From: Chara braunii
Lineage: Eukaryota > Plantae > Charophyceae
Length of the DNA: 64,000 nt
Assembly: GCA_003427395.1 (NCBI GenBank)
Contig: BFEA01000007.1
Location: 6,235,115 to 6,299,114 of the forward strand
Direction: 5' to 3'
Positions 25,473-38,495 of this stretch are shown here, piece after piece. Position 1 is the first letter of the stretch, and every line of letters starts with the position of its first letter. The translations under genes were made by a program, and so were the position numbers. The notes beneath the pieces are model-generated. The model was not told where the DNA came from and made no database searches. It saw nothing but the letters and a program-made list of their open reading frames with translations.

Positions 25473-26149
25473 ATTATAGTATTTTAGTCATCACCTACGC
25501 TTGCTTTGTCCATTTCCTCACCCCATTGTAAATCGCCTATCTGTACTTTGTGTTTTCAATCTTGGTAGTTAGATTCACTCACTCTCTCTCCATCTTTTGT
25601 CCACTTTTCCACTTGGGTGTAAGCCCCCACTTTTGTCCTTGCTTATTCTAGTAGTGTAGTCATTATGTGCTCATACTGTGTCCATTCCCTCACTCCATTG
25701 TAAATCGACAGTTTGAACTTCATGTTTTCACCCTCCATGTTTTGCCCAACTCTTCACTTGGGGGTACACCATAATTTGTGTTTTTGTCCATTCTAGTGTT
25801 ATGAACCCTTTTTCTTCATGCATTGTTTATTTTTTCACTTCTTTGTAAATCATCATCTCGACTTTGTGTTTCTCTGCTTGGGAGTGAGTTTTTCTCACTC
25901 TCTCTTCATTTTTCGTCTGAAACCTTCACTTGGGCGTAAATTGCAGTCTGTGTATTTGTCCATTCTAGTGTTGTAAGTTTTTTTCCTTCTTGTATTGTTC
26001 ATTTCTTCTTTTAGTTGAAAATCGTCACTCAAGTTTCTGACTGAATTAGCCATGCGTGAATGTTCAACCATTGTAAATCAAGCATTTGGTCATCCCCCCA
26101 CTAAACATCACTTTGCCTTATTCATGGATGTCCCCCACCTGTTGAATGT

Positions 26150-26940
26150 ATATAGTAGGGTTGTGCATTTATAACAGCTCACCCCGTCTTGCTCTATTTG
26201 AATGCCACTTCATCTCCCCCCGTGCTTTATTTGAACACTGCTTCACCCTCCCCGTGTTCTGCTTGAACACGGTAAAGGAGGAAGTAAAATAGGAGACTGT
26301 TGTTGCGAATGTTGCTGCTGTTCATCATCATGGAACTGCTGCTATTGCTGTTCATGCCTGGCCAAACCCTTGGTTGTTGATGCTGTTGAGAACCGTTGTC
26401 CGGACCCGGGGGCAAAAACTGGTTCGAAATGACCAAAGGGCCAACACACCCCGAGATTGCCGAAAACCAACTCTGCCAAAACAAGGAATATAGGGGTTGG
26501 TACTTGTCATACCCAATATCCTAGGCATAGGTAGATGGCATGCAAACCCTAAAGACATCTGAGTTGATTTTCCCAAAAAAACAGGAAATGGACTTCCCCG
26601 AAATGTTTACTTAGGACCTCGGGCGATGCCCGAAACAGGCAAATAGGGCCAAACGACTATGGAATCAGGCCAAATTTTATGAGGGTTGTCTGTAGGGTAT
26701 AGGCAAACGGCCTGTGAAGTTACAAGGCCATCTGACGCCGTTTAGGCCTGCAAACACAAATCTGAGTTTTTCGGCTTCCCCGCCCTTAGCAAAATGGGCG
26801 AACTCGAAAATATGAGAAATATGAGTTTTTCGTAATCTGAGTTATTTTTGTAAATCTGAGTTTTGCAAAGTCTGATTATTTGTTGCAAGTCTGAATTTCG
26901 CACGTCTGAATTTTCATATGATTCAAACGTTGGAACAACG
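26150..26940 (+). repeat. Unique block homologous (inverted) to 62850-63620
   Basis: For example gacttccccgaaatgtttacttaggacctcgggcgatgccc matches the reverse complement of gggcatcgcctgaggctctaagcgaacagttcggggaagtc, and tgagaaccgtt matches aacggttctca. Confidence 0.85.
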
Positions 26941-27259
26941 CAAGTAGGACGAGACCGAAAACATAAGAGCGCATTCAGTCTTTCTTCCTCCTCTACGTTC
27001 NNNNNNNNNNNNNNNNNNNNNNNNNNNNNNNNNNNNNNNNNNNNNNNNNNNNNNNNNNNNNNNNNNNNNNNNNNNNNNNNNNNNNNNNNNNNNNNNNNNN
27101 NNNNNNNNNNNNNNNNNNNNNNNNNNNNNNNNNNNNNNNNNNNNNNNNNNNNNNNNNNNNNNNNNNNNNNNNNNNNNNNNNNNNNNNNNNNNNNNNNNNN
27201 AGTAGGACGAGACCGAAAACATAAGAGCGCATTCAGTCTTTCTTCCTCCTCTACGTTCT

Positions 27260-28642
27260 TCACCTACCCACCATAGCCAACCACCTTCACTCCTTCATCT
27301 CCCTCCACCTTCCTTAACCATCTACCATAGCCAACCACCTTCACTCCCTCTTCCTCCTTAACCTTCTTCACGTATTCACCATAGCCAACCCCCTTCACTC
27401 CTCTGTCCCCCTCCACCTTCTTCAACCATCCAGTATAGCCAATCACCTTCACTCCTTCCTCCTCCACACTCTTCAACCATCCGCCATGACCAACCACCTT
27501 CACTCCTTCCTCCTCCACCTCCTTCACCCATCTTTCATGGCTTGCCAACTTCACACCTTCCTCCTCCACCTTCTTCAAACATCTATCATAGTTGATCACC
27601 TTCTCTCCTTCTCTCTCCTCCACCTTCGAGACCCGTCAACTATAGCCAACCAACTTCACTACTTCTTCTTCCACCATCTTCCGCCATCCACCATCTTCAA
27701 CCCTCCACCATAGCCAACCACTTTCCCTCCTTCTCCCTCCTCCACCTCCTTCACCTATCCACCATAGCCAACCACCTTCCCTCCTTCTTCCTGCTCCACC
27801 TCCACCTATCCACCATAGCCAACCACCTTCACTCCTTCCTCCACCATCTTCAACCATCCACTACAGTTGACCACCTTCCCTAATTTTTCCTCCTCCACCT
27901 CCTTCACCCATCCACCATAGCCAACCACCTTCCCTCCTTCCATATCCACCTTCTTCACCCATCCACGATAGCCAACCACCTTCACTTCTTCGTCCTCCAC
28001 CATCTTTAACCATTCATGATAGCCAACCGCCTTCACGCCTTCTTCCTCCTCTACCTTCTTCGACCGTCCACCATAGCCAACCACCTTCACGCCATCTTCC
28101 TCCTCTACCTTCTTCAAGCATCCAGCCAACCACCTTTATTCCTTCCTCCTCCACGTCCTTCACCCATCCACCATAGCTAGCCACCTTCACTCCTTCCTCC
28201 TCCACCTTCTTCAACTATCCACCGTAGCCGACCACCTTCCCTCCTTCTCTCTCTTCCACCTCCTTCACCCATCCACCATAGTCAACCACCTTTACTCCTT
28301 CCGCCACCATCTTCAATCATCCACCGTAGCTGAACCAATTTCCATCCTTCTCTCTCCTCCACCTCCTTCACCGATCCACCATAGCCAACCACCTTTCCCC
28401 CTTTTGCCCCCTTCACCTCCACCCATCCAACATAGCAAATCACCTTCACTTCTTCTTCCTTCACCATCTTCAACCATCCACCATAGCCGACCACCTTCCC
28501 TCTTTCTTCTTCCTCCACCTCTTTCAACCGCCCACCATAGCCAACCACCTTCCCTCATTCTTCCTCCTCCACCTCCACCTATCCATCAATGCCAACCACC
28601 TTCACTGCTTCTTCCTCCACCATCTTCAACCATCCACCATAG
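27260..28642. repeat. ~51-57-bp pyrimidine-rich minisatellite (ccaccatagccaaccaccttc...)
   Basis: catagccaacc recurs with a ~54-bp period (~27271, 27325, 27379 and onward). Confidence 0.92.
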
Positions 28643-28859
28643 CACTCGTGGTCAATAAGACCCCCAAATTTTGCCGAAAGGGATAGCGAAGCTTGGTAAC
28701 AAAAAAATAGTGAATTCGTGGTTTTGAAACCCGAATTCGTCCTTTGTGTTACTGAAATCGTATTCTTAAAACCTGAAATGTGATTTCAGGATAACAACTA
28801 AGTCTATAAAGTTTTTATTGAAGCCATAAGTTACCGATATTTGAAGTGATATCGCCTCG

Positions 28860-31800
28860 TGCATCAGGACTTCGGGATTTTACTTAGTCGTTTTCTCCGC
28901 ATGTCGTTCGGGATTTCGTTACACGTTTTCGAGATTTCATTACCGAATTCGGACTTCGGGATTTCAGGATTTTACTTAGTCGTTTTTTCAAAGTTATATC
29001 CGCACGTGCGGTTCGGGATTTCGTTACCTAAATTGCACTTCGGGATTTCAGGATTTTACTTAGTCGTTTTTTCGAAGACACATCTACACGGCATTCGGGA
29101 TTTCGTCACCGAAATCGTACTTCGGGGTTTCAGGATTTTACTCAGTTATTTTTCATGAGTCTTATCCGCAGGGTGTTCGGGATTTCGTCACCGAAGTCGC
29201 ATTTCAAGATTTCGGGATTTGACCAGGTCGTTTTTGGAAGTCATATCCGCACGGCGTTCGGGATTTCGTTACCGAAATCGCACTTCGGGATTTCGGGATT
29301 TTATTTAGTCGTTTTTTCGAAGACATATTCGCACGACATTTGGGATTTGGTTGCCAAAACTGCACTTCGGGATTTCAAGATTTTACTTTGTCGTTTTCGA
29401 GTCTTATCCGCACGACATTCGGCATTTTGTCACCAAAATCGCACTTCGGGATTTCATAATTTTATTCAGTTGTTTTTCGGGAGTCTTATCCTCACGTTAT
29501 TCGGGATTTCGTTACCGAAATCGCGGTTCCGGATTTCGGGATTTTGCGTAGTCGTTTTTGGAAGTCTTATCCGTACGACATTAGAGATTTCGTTACCGAA
29601 ATCACACTTTGGGATTTCGAGATTTTACTTAGTCGGTTTTCGAAGTCATATCCGCACATGCATTCGGGATTTCGTCACCGAAATCGCACTTCGGGATTTC
29701 GGGATTTTACTTAGTCATTTTACGTGAGTCTTATCCACATGGCGTTCAGGATTTCGTCACCGAAATCACACTTCGGGATTTCTGGATTTTACTAGGTCAT
29801 TTTTGGAAATCATATCCGCACGGGGTTCGCGATTTGTTTACCGAAATCGCACTTTGGGATTTCGGGATTTTACTTAGTCGGTTTTCGAAGTCATATCCGC
29901 ACATGTGTTCGGGATTTCGCCACCGAAATCGCACTTCGGTAGACCGGGATCTTACTTAGTTGTTTTTTCGAAGACATATCTGCACGACATTCATGATTTC
30001 TTCACCAAAATCCCACTTCGTGGTTTCGGGATCTTACTTTGTCATTTTTCGTGAGTCTTATTCGCATGGCGTTCGGGATTTCATCACCGAAATCGCACTT
30101 CATAATTTCGGGATTTTACTAGGTTGTTTTTGGAAGCCATATCCGCACGACGTTCTGAATTTCGTTACCGAAATCGCACTTCGGGATTTCGGGATTTTAC
30201 TTAGTCGGTTTTCGAAGTCATATCCGCACATGCTCGGGATTTCGTCACCGAAATCGCACTTCTGGAGTTCGAGATTTTACTTGGTCGTTTTTTCGAAGAC
30301 ATATCCACACGACATTCGGAATTTCGTCACCGAAATCGCACTTCGGAATTTCGTGATTTTACTAGGTCATTTTTCGTGAGTCTTATCCGCATGGCATTCA
30401 GGATTTCGTCACCGAAATCGCACTTTGGGATTTCGGGATTTTACCAGGTCGTTCTTGGAAGTCATATCCGCACAATGTTCGGGATTTCATTACCGAAATC
30501 GCACTTCGGTATTTCGGGATTTTACTTAGTCAGTTTTCAAAGTCACATCCGCACATGCGTCCGGGATTTCGTCACCGAAATCGCACTTCGGGATTTTGAA
30601 ATTTTATTTAGTAATTTTACGTGAGTCTTATCCGCATGGAGTTCGGGATTTCTTCACCGAAATCACACTTCGGGATTTCAGGATTTTACTAGGTCGTTTT
30701 TAGAAGTCATAACCACACGGCGTTCAGGATTTGGTTACCGAAATCGCACTTTGGGATTTCGGGATTTTACTTAGTCGGTTTTCGAAGCCATATCCGCACA
30801 TGCGTTCGGGATTTCATCACCGAAATCACACTTCGGTAGGCCGGATTTTACATAGTCGTTTTTTCGAAGACATATCTGCACGACATTCAGGATTTCTTCA
30901 CCTAAATCGTACTTCGGGGTTTCAGGATTTTACTCAGTCATTTTTCGTGAGTCTTATCCGCATGGCGTTCGAGATTTCGTCATCGAAATCGCACTTCGGG
31001 ATTTCGGGACTTTTCCAGGTCGTTTTTGAAAGTCATATCCACACGGCGTTCGGGATTTCGTTATTGAAATCGCACTTCGGGATTTCGGGATTTTACTTAG
31101 TTTGTTTTCGAAGTCATATCCGCATATGTGTTTGAGATTTCGTCACCGAAATCGCACTTCGGGATTTCAAGATTTTACTTAGTCTTTTTCGAGACTTATC
31201 CGCACGACATTCGGATTTTCGTCACCGAAATCGCAGTTCGAGATCTCGAGATTTTCCTTTGTCGTTTTTCGTGAGTCTTATCCCCACGTTGTTTGGGATT
31301 TCGTTACCAAAATCGCACTTCCGGATTTTGGGATTCCGCTTAGTCGTTTTTCGAAGTCTTATCCGCACGACATTCAGGATTTCGTCACCGAAATCGGACT
31401 TCTGGGTTCGGGATTTTACTTAGTCATTTTTCGTGAGTCTTATCCTCATGACGTTCGGAATTTTGTCACTGAAATCGCACCTCGGGATTTTACAAGGTCG
31501 TTTTTGGAAGTCATATTTGCACGGCGTTTGGGATTACATTACCGAATTCGCACTTCGGGATTTCGTGATTTTACTTAGTCGGTTTTTCAAAGTCATATCC
31601 GCACATGCGGTTCAAGATTTCGTCACCGAAATTGCACTTCGGGATATCGGGATTTCACTTAGCCGTTTTTTCGAAGACTTATGCACACGGTATTCGGGAT
31701 TTTGTCACAGACATCGCACTTCGGGGTTTCGGGATATTACTTAGTCATTTTTCGTGAGTCTTATCCACAGGGCATTCGGGATTTCGTCATGGAAGTCGCA

Positions 31801-34800
31801 CTTCAGGATTTCGGGATTTTACCAGGTCGGTTTTGAAAGTCATATCCGCACCGCGTTATGGATTTCGTTGTCAAAATCGCACTTCGGGATTTCGGGATTT
31901 TACTTAGTCGTTTTTTCGAAGACATATCCGCAGGACATTCGGGATTTGGTTGCCATAGCTGCACTTTGGAATTTTAGGATCTTACTTAGTCGTTTTCGAG
32001 TCTTATCCGCACGACATTCGGGATATCATCACCGAAATCGCACTTCGGGATTTCGGAATTTTATTTAGTTGTTTTTCGGGAGTCTTATCCTCACGTTGTT
32101 CGGGATTTCGTTACCGAAATCGCACTTCCGGATTTCGGAATTGTGCTTAGTCGTTTTTGGAAGTCTTACCCATACGACATTCGGGATTTCGTTACCAAAA
32201 TCACACTTCGGGATTTCGAGATTTTACTTCGTCGGTTTTCGAAGTCATATCTGCACATGCGTTCGGGATTTTGTCACCGAAATCGCACCTCGAGATTTCG
32301 GGATTTTACTTAGTCGTTTTTTCGAATACATATCCGCACGACATTCGGGATTTCGTCACCAAAATCGCACTTCGGGGCTTAAGGATTTTACATAGTCATT
32401 TTTCGTGAGTTTTATCCGCATTGCGCTCGGGATTTCGTCACCGAAATCGCATTTCGGAATTTCGGGATTTTACCAGGTCGCTTTTGGAAGTCATATCCTG
32501 ACGGCGTTTGGGATTTTGTTACCGAAATTGCACTTCGGGATTTCGGGATCTTACTTTGTCGGTTTTCGAAGTCATATCCAGGATTTTACTTAGTTGTTTT
32601 TTCGAAGATATATCCGCAGGACATTCAGGATTTGGTTACCGAAATCACACTTCGGGATTTCGGAATCTTACGTAGTCGTTTTCGAGTCTTATCCGCACGA
32701 CACTCGGGATTTCGTCACTGAAATCGCACTTCGGAATTTCGGGATTTTCCTTGGTCATTTTCCGTGAGTCTTATCCGCACGTTTTTCGCGATTTCGTTAT
32801 GGAAATCGCACTTCTAGATTTTGGGATTCCGCTTAGTCGTTTTTCGAAGTCTTATCCGTACGACATTCGGGATTTCGTTACCGAAATCACATTTCGGGAT
32901 TTCGAGATTTTACTTAGGCGTTTTTCGTGAGTCTTATCCGCATGGCATTCGGGATTTCGTCACCGAAATCACACTTCGAGGTTTCGAGATTTTACTTAGG
33001 CGTTTTTCTTGAGACTTATCCGCATGGCGTTCGGGATTTCGTCACTGAAATCGCACCTTGAGATTTTACAAGGTCGTTTTTGAAAGTCATATTTACACGA
33101 CGTTCGGGATTTCATTACCGAATTCGCACGTGCGGTTCAAGATTTCGTCACCGAAATTGCACTTTGGGATCTCGGGATTTTACTTAGTAGTGTTTTCGAA
33201 GACATATCCGCACGGCATTCGGATTTCGTCAGTCTTGTCCGCATGGCGTTCAGGATTTCGTCACAGAAATCGCACTTTACGACATTGTTTTTGGAAGTCA
33301 TATCCGCACGGCATTCCGTATTTCGTTATCGAAATCACACTTCGGGATTTTGGGATTTTACTAAGTCGTTGATTCGAAGACATATCCGCACGACATTCGG
33401 GACTTGGTTACCGAAATCGCACTTCGGGATTTCGGGATCTTACTTAGTCGTTTTCGAGTCTTATTTGCACGACATTCGGGATTTCATCACCGAAATCACA
33501 CTTCGGGATTTCAGGATTTTACTATGTCGTTTTTCGTGAGTCTTATCCTCACGTTGTTCGGGATTTCGGTACCGAAATTGCACTTCCAGATTTTGGGATT
33601 TCGCTTAGTCGTTTTTCGAAGTCTTATCAGTACGACATTCGGGATTTCGTTACCGAAATCACACTTCGAGATTTCAAGATTTTACTTATGCGTTTTTTAT
33701 GAGTCTTATTCGCAAGGCAATCGGGATTTCGTCACCGAAATCGCAGTTCGCGGATTCGGAATTTTGCTTAGTCATTTTTCATGGGTCTTATCTGCATGGC
33801 GTTCGGGATTTTGTCACTAAATCGAACGTCGAGATTTCAGGATTTTACTTGGTCATATGCGCACGGCGTTTGGAAGTCATATGCGCACGGCGTTCGGGAT
33901 TTCATTACCGAATTCGCACTTCGGGATTTCAAGATTTTACTTGGTCGTTTTTTCAAAGTCATATTCGCACGTGCGGTTCGGGATTTCGTTACCGAAATTG
34001 AGCTTCGGGATTTCGAGATTTTACTTAGTGTTTTTTTCGAAGACATATCTGCACGGCATTCGAGATTTCGTCACGGAAATCGTACTTCGGGGTTTCGTGA
34101 TTTTACTTAGTTATTTTTCGTGAGTCTTATCCGCATGGTGTTCCGGATTTCGTCACCGAAATCGCACTTCAGGATTTCGGGATTTTACCAGGTCGTTTTT
34201 GAAGGTCATATCCGCACGACGTTTGGGATTTCGTTACCGATATCGCAGTTTGGGATTTCGGGATTTTACTTAGTCGGTTTTTTAAGTCATATCCTCACAT
34301 GTGTTCGAAATTTCGTCACCGAAATCGCACTTCGGGATTTCGAGATTTTACTTAGTCGGTTTTTAAAGTCATATCCACACATGCGTTCGGGATTTCGTCA
34401 CTGAAATCGCACTTCGGGATTTCGTGATTTTACTTTGGCGTTTTTCGTGAGTCTTAGCCACACGACATTCGGGATTTCGTCATCGAAATCGCACTTTAGG
34501 GTTTTGGGATTTTACTTAGTTATTTTTCGTGAGTCTTATCCGCATGGCGTTCGGGATTTCATCACCGAAATCACAGTTCGGGATTTCGTGACTTTACAAG
34601 CTCGTTTTGGGAAGTCATATCTGCAGGACGTTCGGGATTTCATTACCGAACTCACACTTCGGAATTTCAGGATTTGACTTAGTCGGTTTTTCAAAGTCAT
34701 ATCCGCACGTGCGGTTTAAGATTTCGTCCCCGAAATTGCACTTCGCGATTTCGGGATTTTACTTAGCAGTTTTTTCGAAGACATATCCGCACGACATTCG

Positions 34801-37800
34801 GAATTTCGTCACTGAAATCGCACTTCGGAATTTCAGGATTTTACCAGGTCGTTTTTGAAAGTCGTATCCGCACTGCATTCGGGATTTCGTTACCGAAATC
34901 GCAGTTCGGGATTTCGAGATTTTACTTAGTCGGTTTTTGAAGTCATATCCGCACATGCGCTCGGGTTTTCGTCACCGAAATCGCACTTTGGGATTTCGGG
35001 ATTTTACTTAGTCATTTTCGAGTCTTATCCGCACGACATTCGGGATTTCGTCACCGAAATCACACTTTGGGATTTCGGGATTTTACTAGGTCGTTTTTCG
35101 TGAGTCTTATCCTCACGTTGTTCGGGATCTCGTTACCGAATTCACACTCCCGGATTTCGGGATTTCGCTCAATTGCTTTTCGAAGTTTTATCCGTATAAC
35201 ATTCGAGATTTCGTTACCGAAACCACACTTCGAGATTTCGAGATTTTACTTATGCGTTTTTCGTGAGTCTCATCCGCACGACATTCGGGATTTTTTCACC
35301 GAAATCGCTGTTCGGGTTTCGGGATTTTTCTTAGTCATTTTTTGTGAGTCTTATCTGCATGGCGTTTGGGATTTCCTCACTGAAATCGCACCTAAGGATT
35401 TCGGGATTTTACTAGGTCGTTTTTGGAAGTCATATGCGAACGGCGTTCGGGATTTCATTACCGAATTCGCACTTCGGGATTTCAGGATTTTATTTAGTCG
35501 TTTTTTCAAAGCCATATCCACACGTGCAGTTCGGGATTTCTTTACCGAAATTGCACTTCGGGATTTCGGGATTTAACTTGGTCGTTTTTTCAAAGACATA
35601 TCTGCACGGCATTCGAGATTTCGTCACCGAAATAGCACTTCGGGGTTTCAGAATTTTACTTAGTCATTTTTCGTGAGTCTTACCCGCATGACGTTTGGGA
35701 TTTTGTCACCCAAATCCCACTTCAGGATTTCGGGATTTTACCAGGTCGTTTTTGAAGGTCATATGCGTACGACATTTGGGATTTCCTTACCGAAATCGCA
35801 CTTCAGGATTTTACTTAGTCGGTTTTTGAATTCATATCCTCACATGCGTTCGGGATTTCGTCACCGAAATCACACTTCGCGATTTCGGGATTTTACTCAG
35901 TCGTTTTTTCGAAGATATATGCGCACGACATTCGGGAATTGGTTACTGAAATCTCACTTCGGGATCTCATGATCTTACTTAGTCGTTTTCAAGTCTTATC
36001 CGCACGTTGTTCGGGATTTCGTAACTGAAATCGCACTTCCGGATTTCGGGATTTCGCTTAGTCGTTCTTCGAAGTCTTATCCGTACAACATTCGGAATTT
36101 CGTTACCGAAATCGCACTTCGAAATTTCAAGATTGTACTTGGACGTTTTTCGTGAGTTTTATCCGCACGGCATTCCGGATCTCGTCACGAAAATTGCACT
36201 TCCGGGTTTCGGGAGTTTACTTAGTCATTTTTCGTGAGTCTTATCCTCATGGCGTTCGGAATTTCATCACCGAAATCGCACCTCGGGATTTCGGGATTTT
36301 ACCAGGTCGTTTTTGGAAGTCATATCCGCACGGCGTTCGGAATTTCGTTACCGAAATCGCACTTCGGGATTTGGGGATTTTACTTAGTCGGTTTTCAAAG
36401 TCATATCCACACATGTGTTCGGGATTTCGTCACCGAAATCGCACTTCGGGATTTCGAGATTTTACTTAGGCATTTTTAATGAGTCTTAGCCGCACGGCAT
36501 TCAGGATTTTATCACCGAAATCGCACTTTGGGGTTTCGAGATTTTACTTAGTCATTTTTCGTGAGTCTTATCCGCATGGCGTTCGGGATTTCGTCACCGA
36601 AATCGCACTTAGGGATTTCGGGATTTTACGAGGTCGTTTTTGGAAGTCATCCGCACGACGTTGGGGATTTCGTTGTCGAAATCGCACTTCGGGATTTCGG
36701 GATTTTACTTTGTTGGTTTTCGAAGTCATATCCGTACATGCCTTCGGGATTTCGTCACTGAAATCGCACTTCGAGATTTTACTTAGTCTTTTTTTTGAAG
36801 ACATATCCGCACGGCATTCGGGATTTCGTCACCGAAATCGCACTTCGGGGTTTCGGGATTTTACTTAGTCATTTTTCGTGAGTCTTATCTGCATGGCGTT
36901 CGGGATTTCGTCACCGAAATCGGACTTTGGGATTTCGGGATTTTACCACGTTGTTTTTGGAAGTCATATTCGTGCAACGTTCGGGATTTCGTTACCGAGA
37001 TCGTACTTCGGGATTTCGGGATTTTACTTAGTCGGTTTTCGAATTCATATCCGCACATGCGTTCGGGATTTCGTCACCGAAATCGCACTTCGGGATTTCG
37101 GGATTTTACTTAGTCATTTTTTCGAAGACATATCCGCACAACATTCAGGATTTGGTTACCAAAATCGCACTTAGGGATTTCGGGATCTTACTTAGTCGTT
37201 TTCGAGATTTATTCGCACGACGTTCGGGATTTTGTCATCGAAATCGCACTTCGGGATTTTACTTAGTCGTTTTTCGTAAGTCGTACCTGCACGTTGTTCC
37301 AGATTCCGTTATGGAAATCGCACTTCCGGATCTCGGGATTTCGCTTGGTCGTTTTGTGAAGTTTTATCCGTACGACATTAGGGATTTCGTTACCGAAATC
37401 ACACTTCGGAATTTCGATATTTTACTTAGGCGTTTTTCATGAGTCTTTTTTTTTTTTTTTTTTTTTTTTTTAAGGGTTGTAGCGGTGTCGGGGTTTGTGA
37501 CCCAGGGAGGATGTCCGCCAGATGGCTTCTCGCGCTGGGGTCAGCCCTACTTACGGTGCAGCGGACCCACCTACTACCCAGTGATCCGTCAAGGAGAGAA
37601 CACACAAGCCTCACTACCCACCCGGGAGTATCAGCCCATACCGGCGCTACCAGGCCGCTGCGCCGGGGGTCACCCAACTCCAACTCAGGGCTTCACCTCC
37701 TGTGGCTCCACGGCCGGGAGGCTTCTGCACCACAGTCACCGTGGTGCTACAGGGACGCCACAATCCCTGCTAGGCGAAGGGTGACCCCCTTACTCCTCCC

Positions 37801-38495
37801 GCACGCTCCAACTGAGCCTGCCCCTCCCGGAGCCATTCCCCCCCCATGGCCTCGACAAACCCAAGGGAAGGCACGCGCTCGACCGTTGCGGGACCCAGGA
37901 AGTACGGTTGGGATATCAGCATCCAGTGGGCACCCTTGCAGGTGGCTCCCCAAGTCTAGAGCTGCAGAACCCTGTGTACTTTCGTACCCCTGGGAGCGCG
38001 CGCACTTAGTGTGTGAGTGGTAGTGCATTAACCTAACGCCGTGCCGGCGGCATATGCATGAGGTTGCGGATTTGAACCCGCAACCTCAGACCACAATGTG
38101 CATTTCCAACCGGTGCCCTAACCAGTGGGCCATCCGCCACTCACGTTTTTCGTGAGTCTTATCCGCACGACATTCGGAATTTCGTCACCGAAATCGCACT
38201 TCAGGATTTCGTCACCGAAATCGCACTTCGAGGTTTCGGGATTTTACTTGGTCATTTTTCATGAGTTTTATCCGCATGGCGTTTGGAATTTCGTCATCGA
38301 AATCGCACTTCGGGATTTCGGGATTTTACTAGGCCGTTTTTGAAAGTCATATCCGCACGGTGTTCGGGATTTCGTTACCGAAATCGCACTTCGGGATTTC
38401 GGTATTTTACTTAGTCGGTTTTTCAAAGTCATATCCGCACGTGCGGTTCGAGATTTCATCACCGAAATTGCACTTCGAGATTTCGGGATTTTACT
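28860..38495 (+). repeat. ~81-bp satellite array (~110 monomers) with a palindromic atttcg-N4-cgaaat core
   Basis: Monomer cgggatttcgtcaccgaaatcgcacttcgggatttcgggattttacttagtcg...atccgcac, period 80-82 bp. Confidence 0.97.
37446..38144 (-). mobile_element. tRNA-derived SINE (~700 bp) with poly(A) tail and TSD
   Basis: On the - strand: A box tggcccactggttagg (~38117-38132), B box ggttcaaatcc (38068-38078), poly(A) 37446-37471. A 16-bp TSD gtttttc(a/g)tgagtctt lies at 37432-37447 and 38145-38160. Confidence 0.9.

Larger units (their letters stand above)
22425..26030. repeat. ~172-bp tandem repeat (satellite), diverged, interrupted by MITEs
   Basis: ccattgtaaatcg...tgttttcaagcttgggagtgagtttcactc...cacttgggtgtaaatc...agtcatcatctactcatg recurs at ~22441, 22613, 22783, 22955 and onward. 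Confidence 0.9.

Noticed and set aside
26943-27258. Exact 58-bp direct repeat flanking an N gap
   Set aside because: Typical scaffolding overlap artefact.
27264-28658. VKVVGYGGWLKKVEEE repeat ORFs
   Set aside because: Minisatellite translations with frequent frame changes.
38050-38144. tRNA gene on the - strand
   Set aside because: A and B boxes are present but there is no clean cloverleaf. It is the head of a SINE with poly(A) and TSD.
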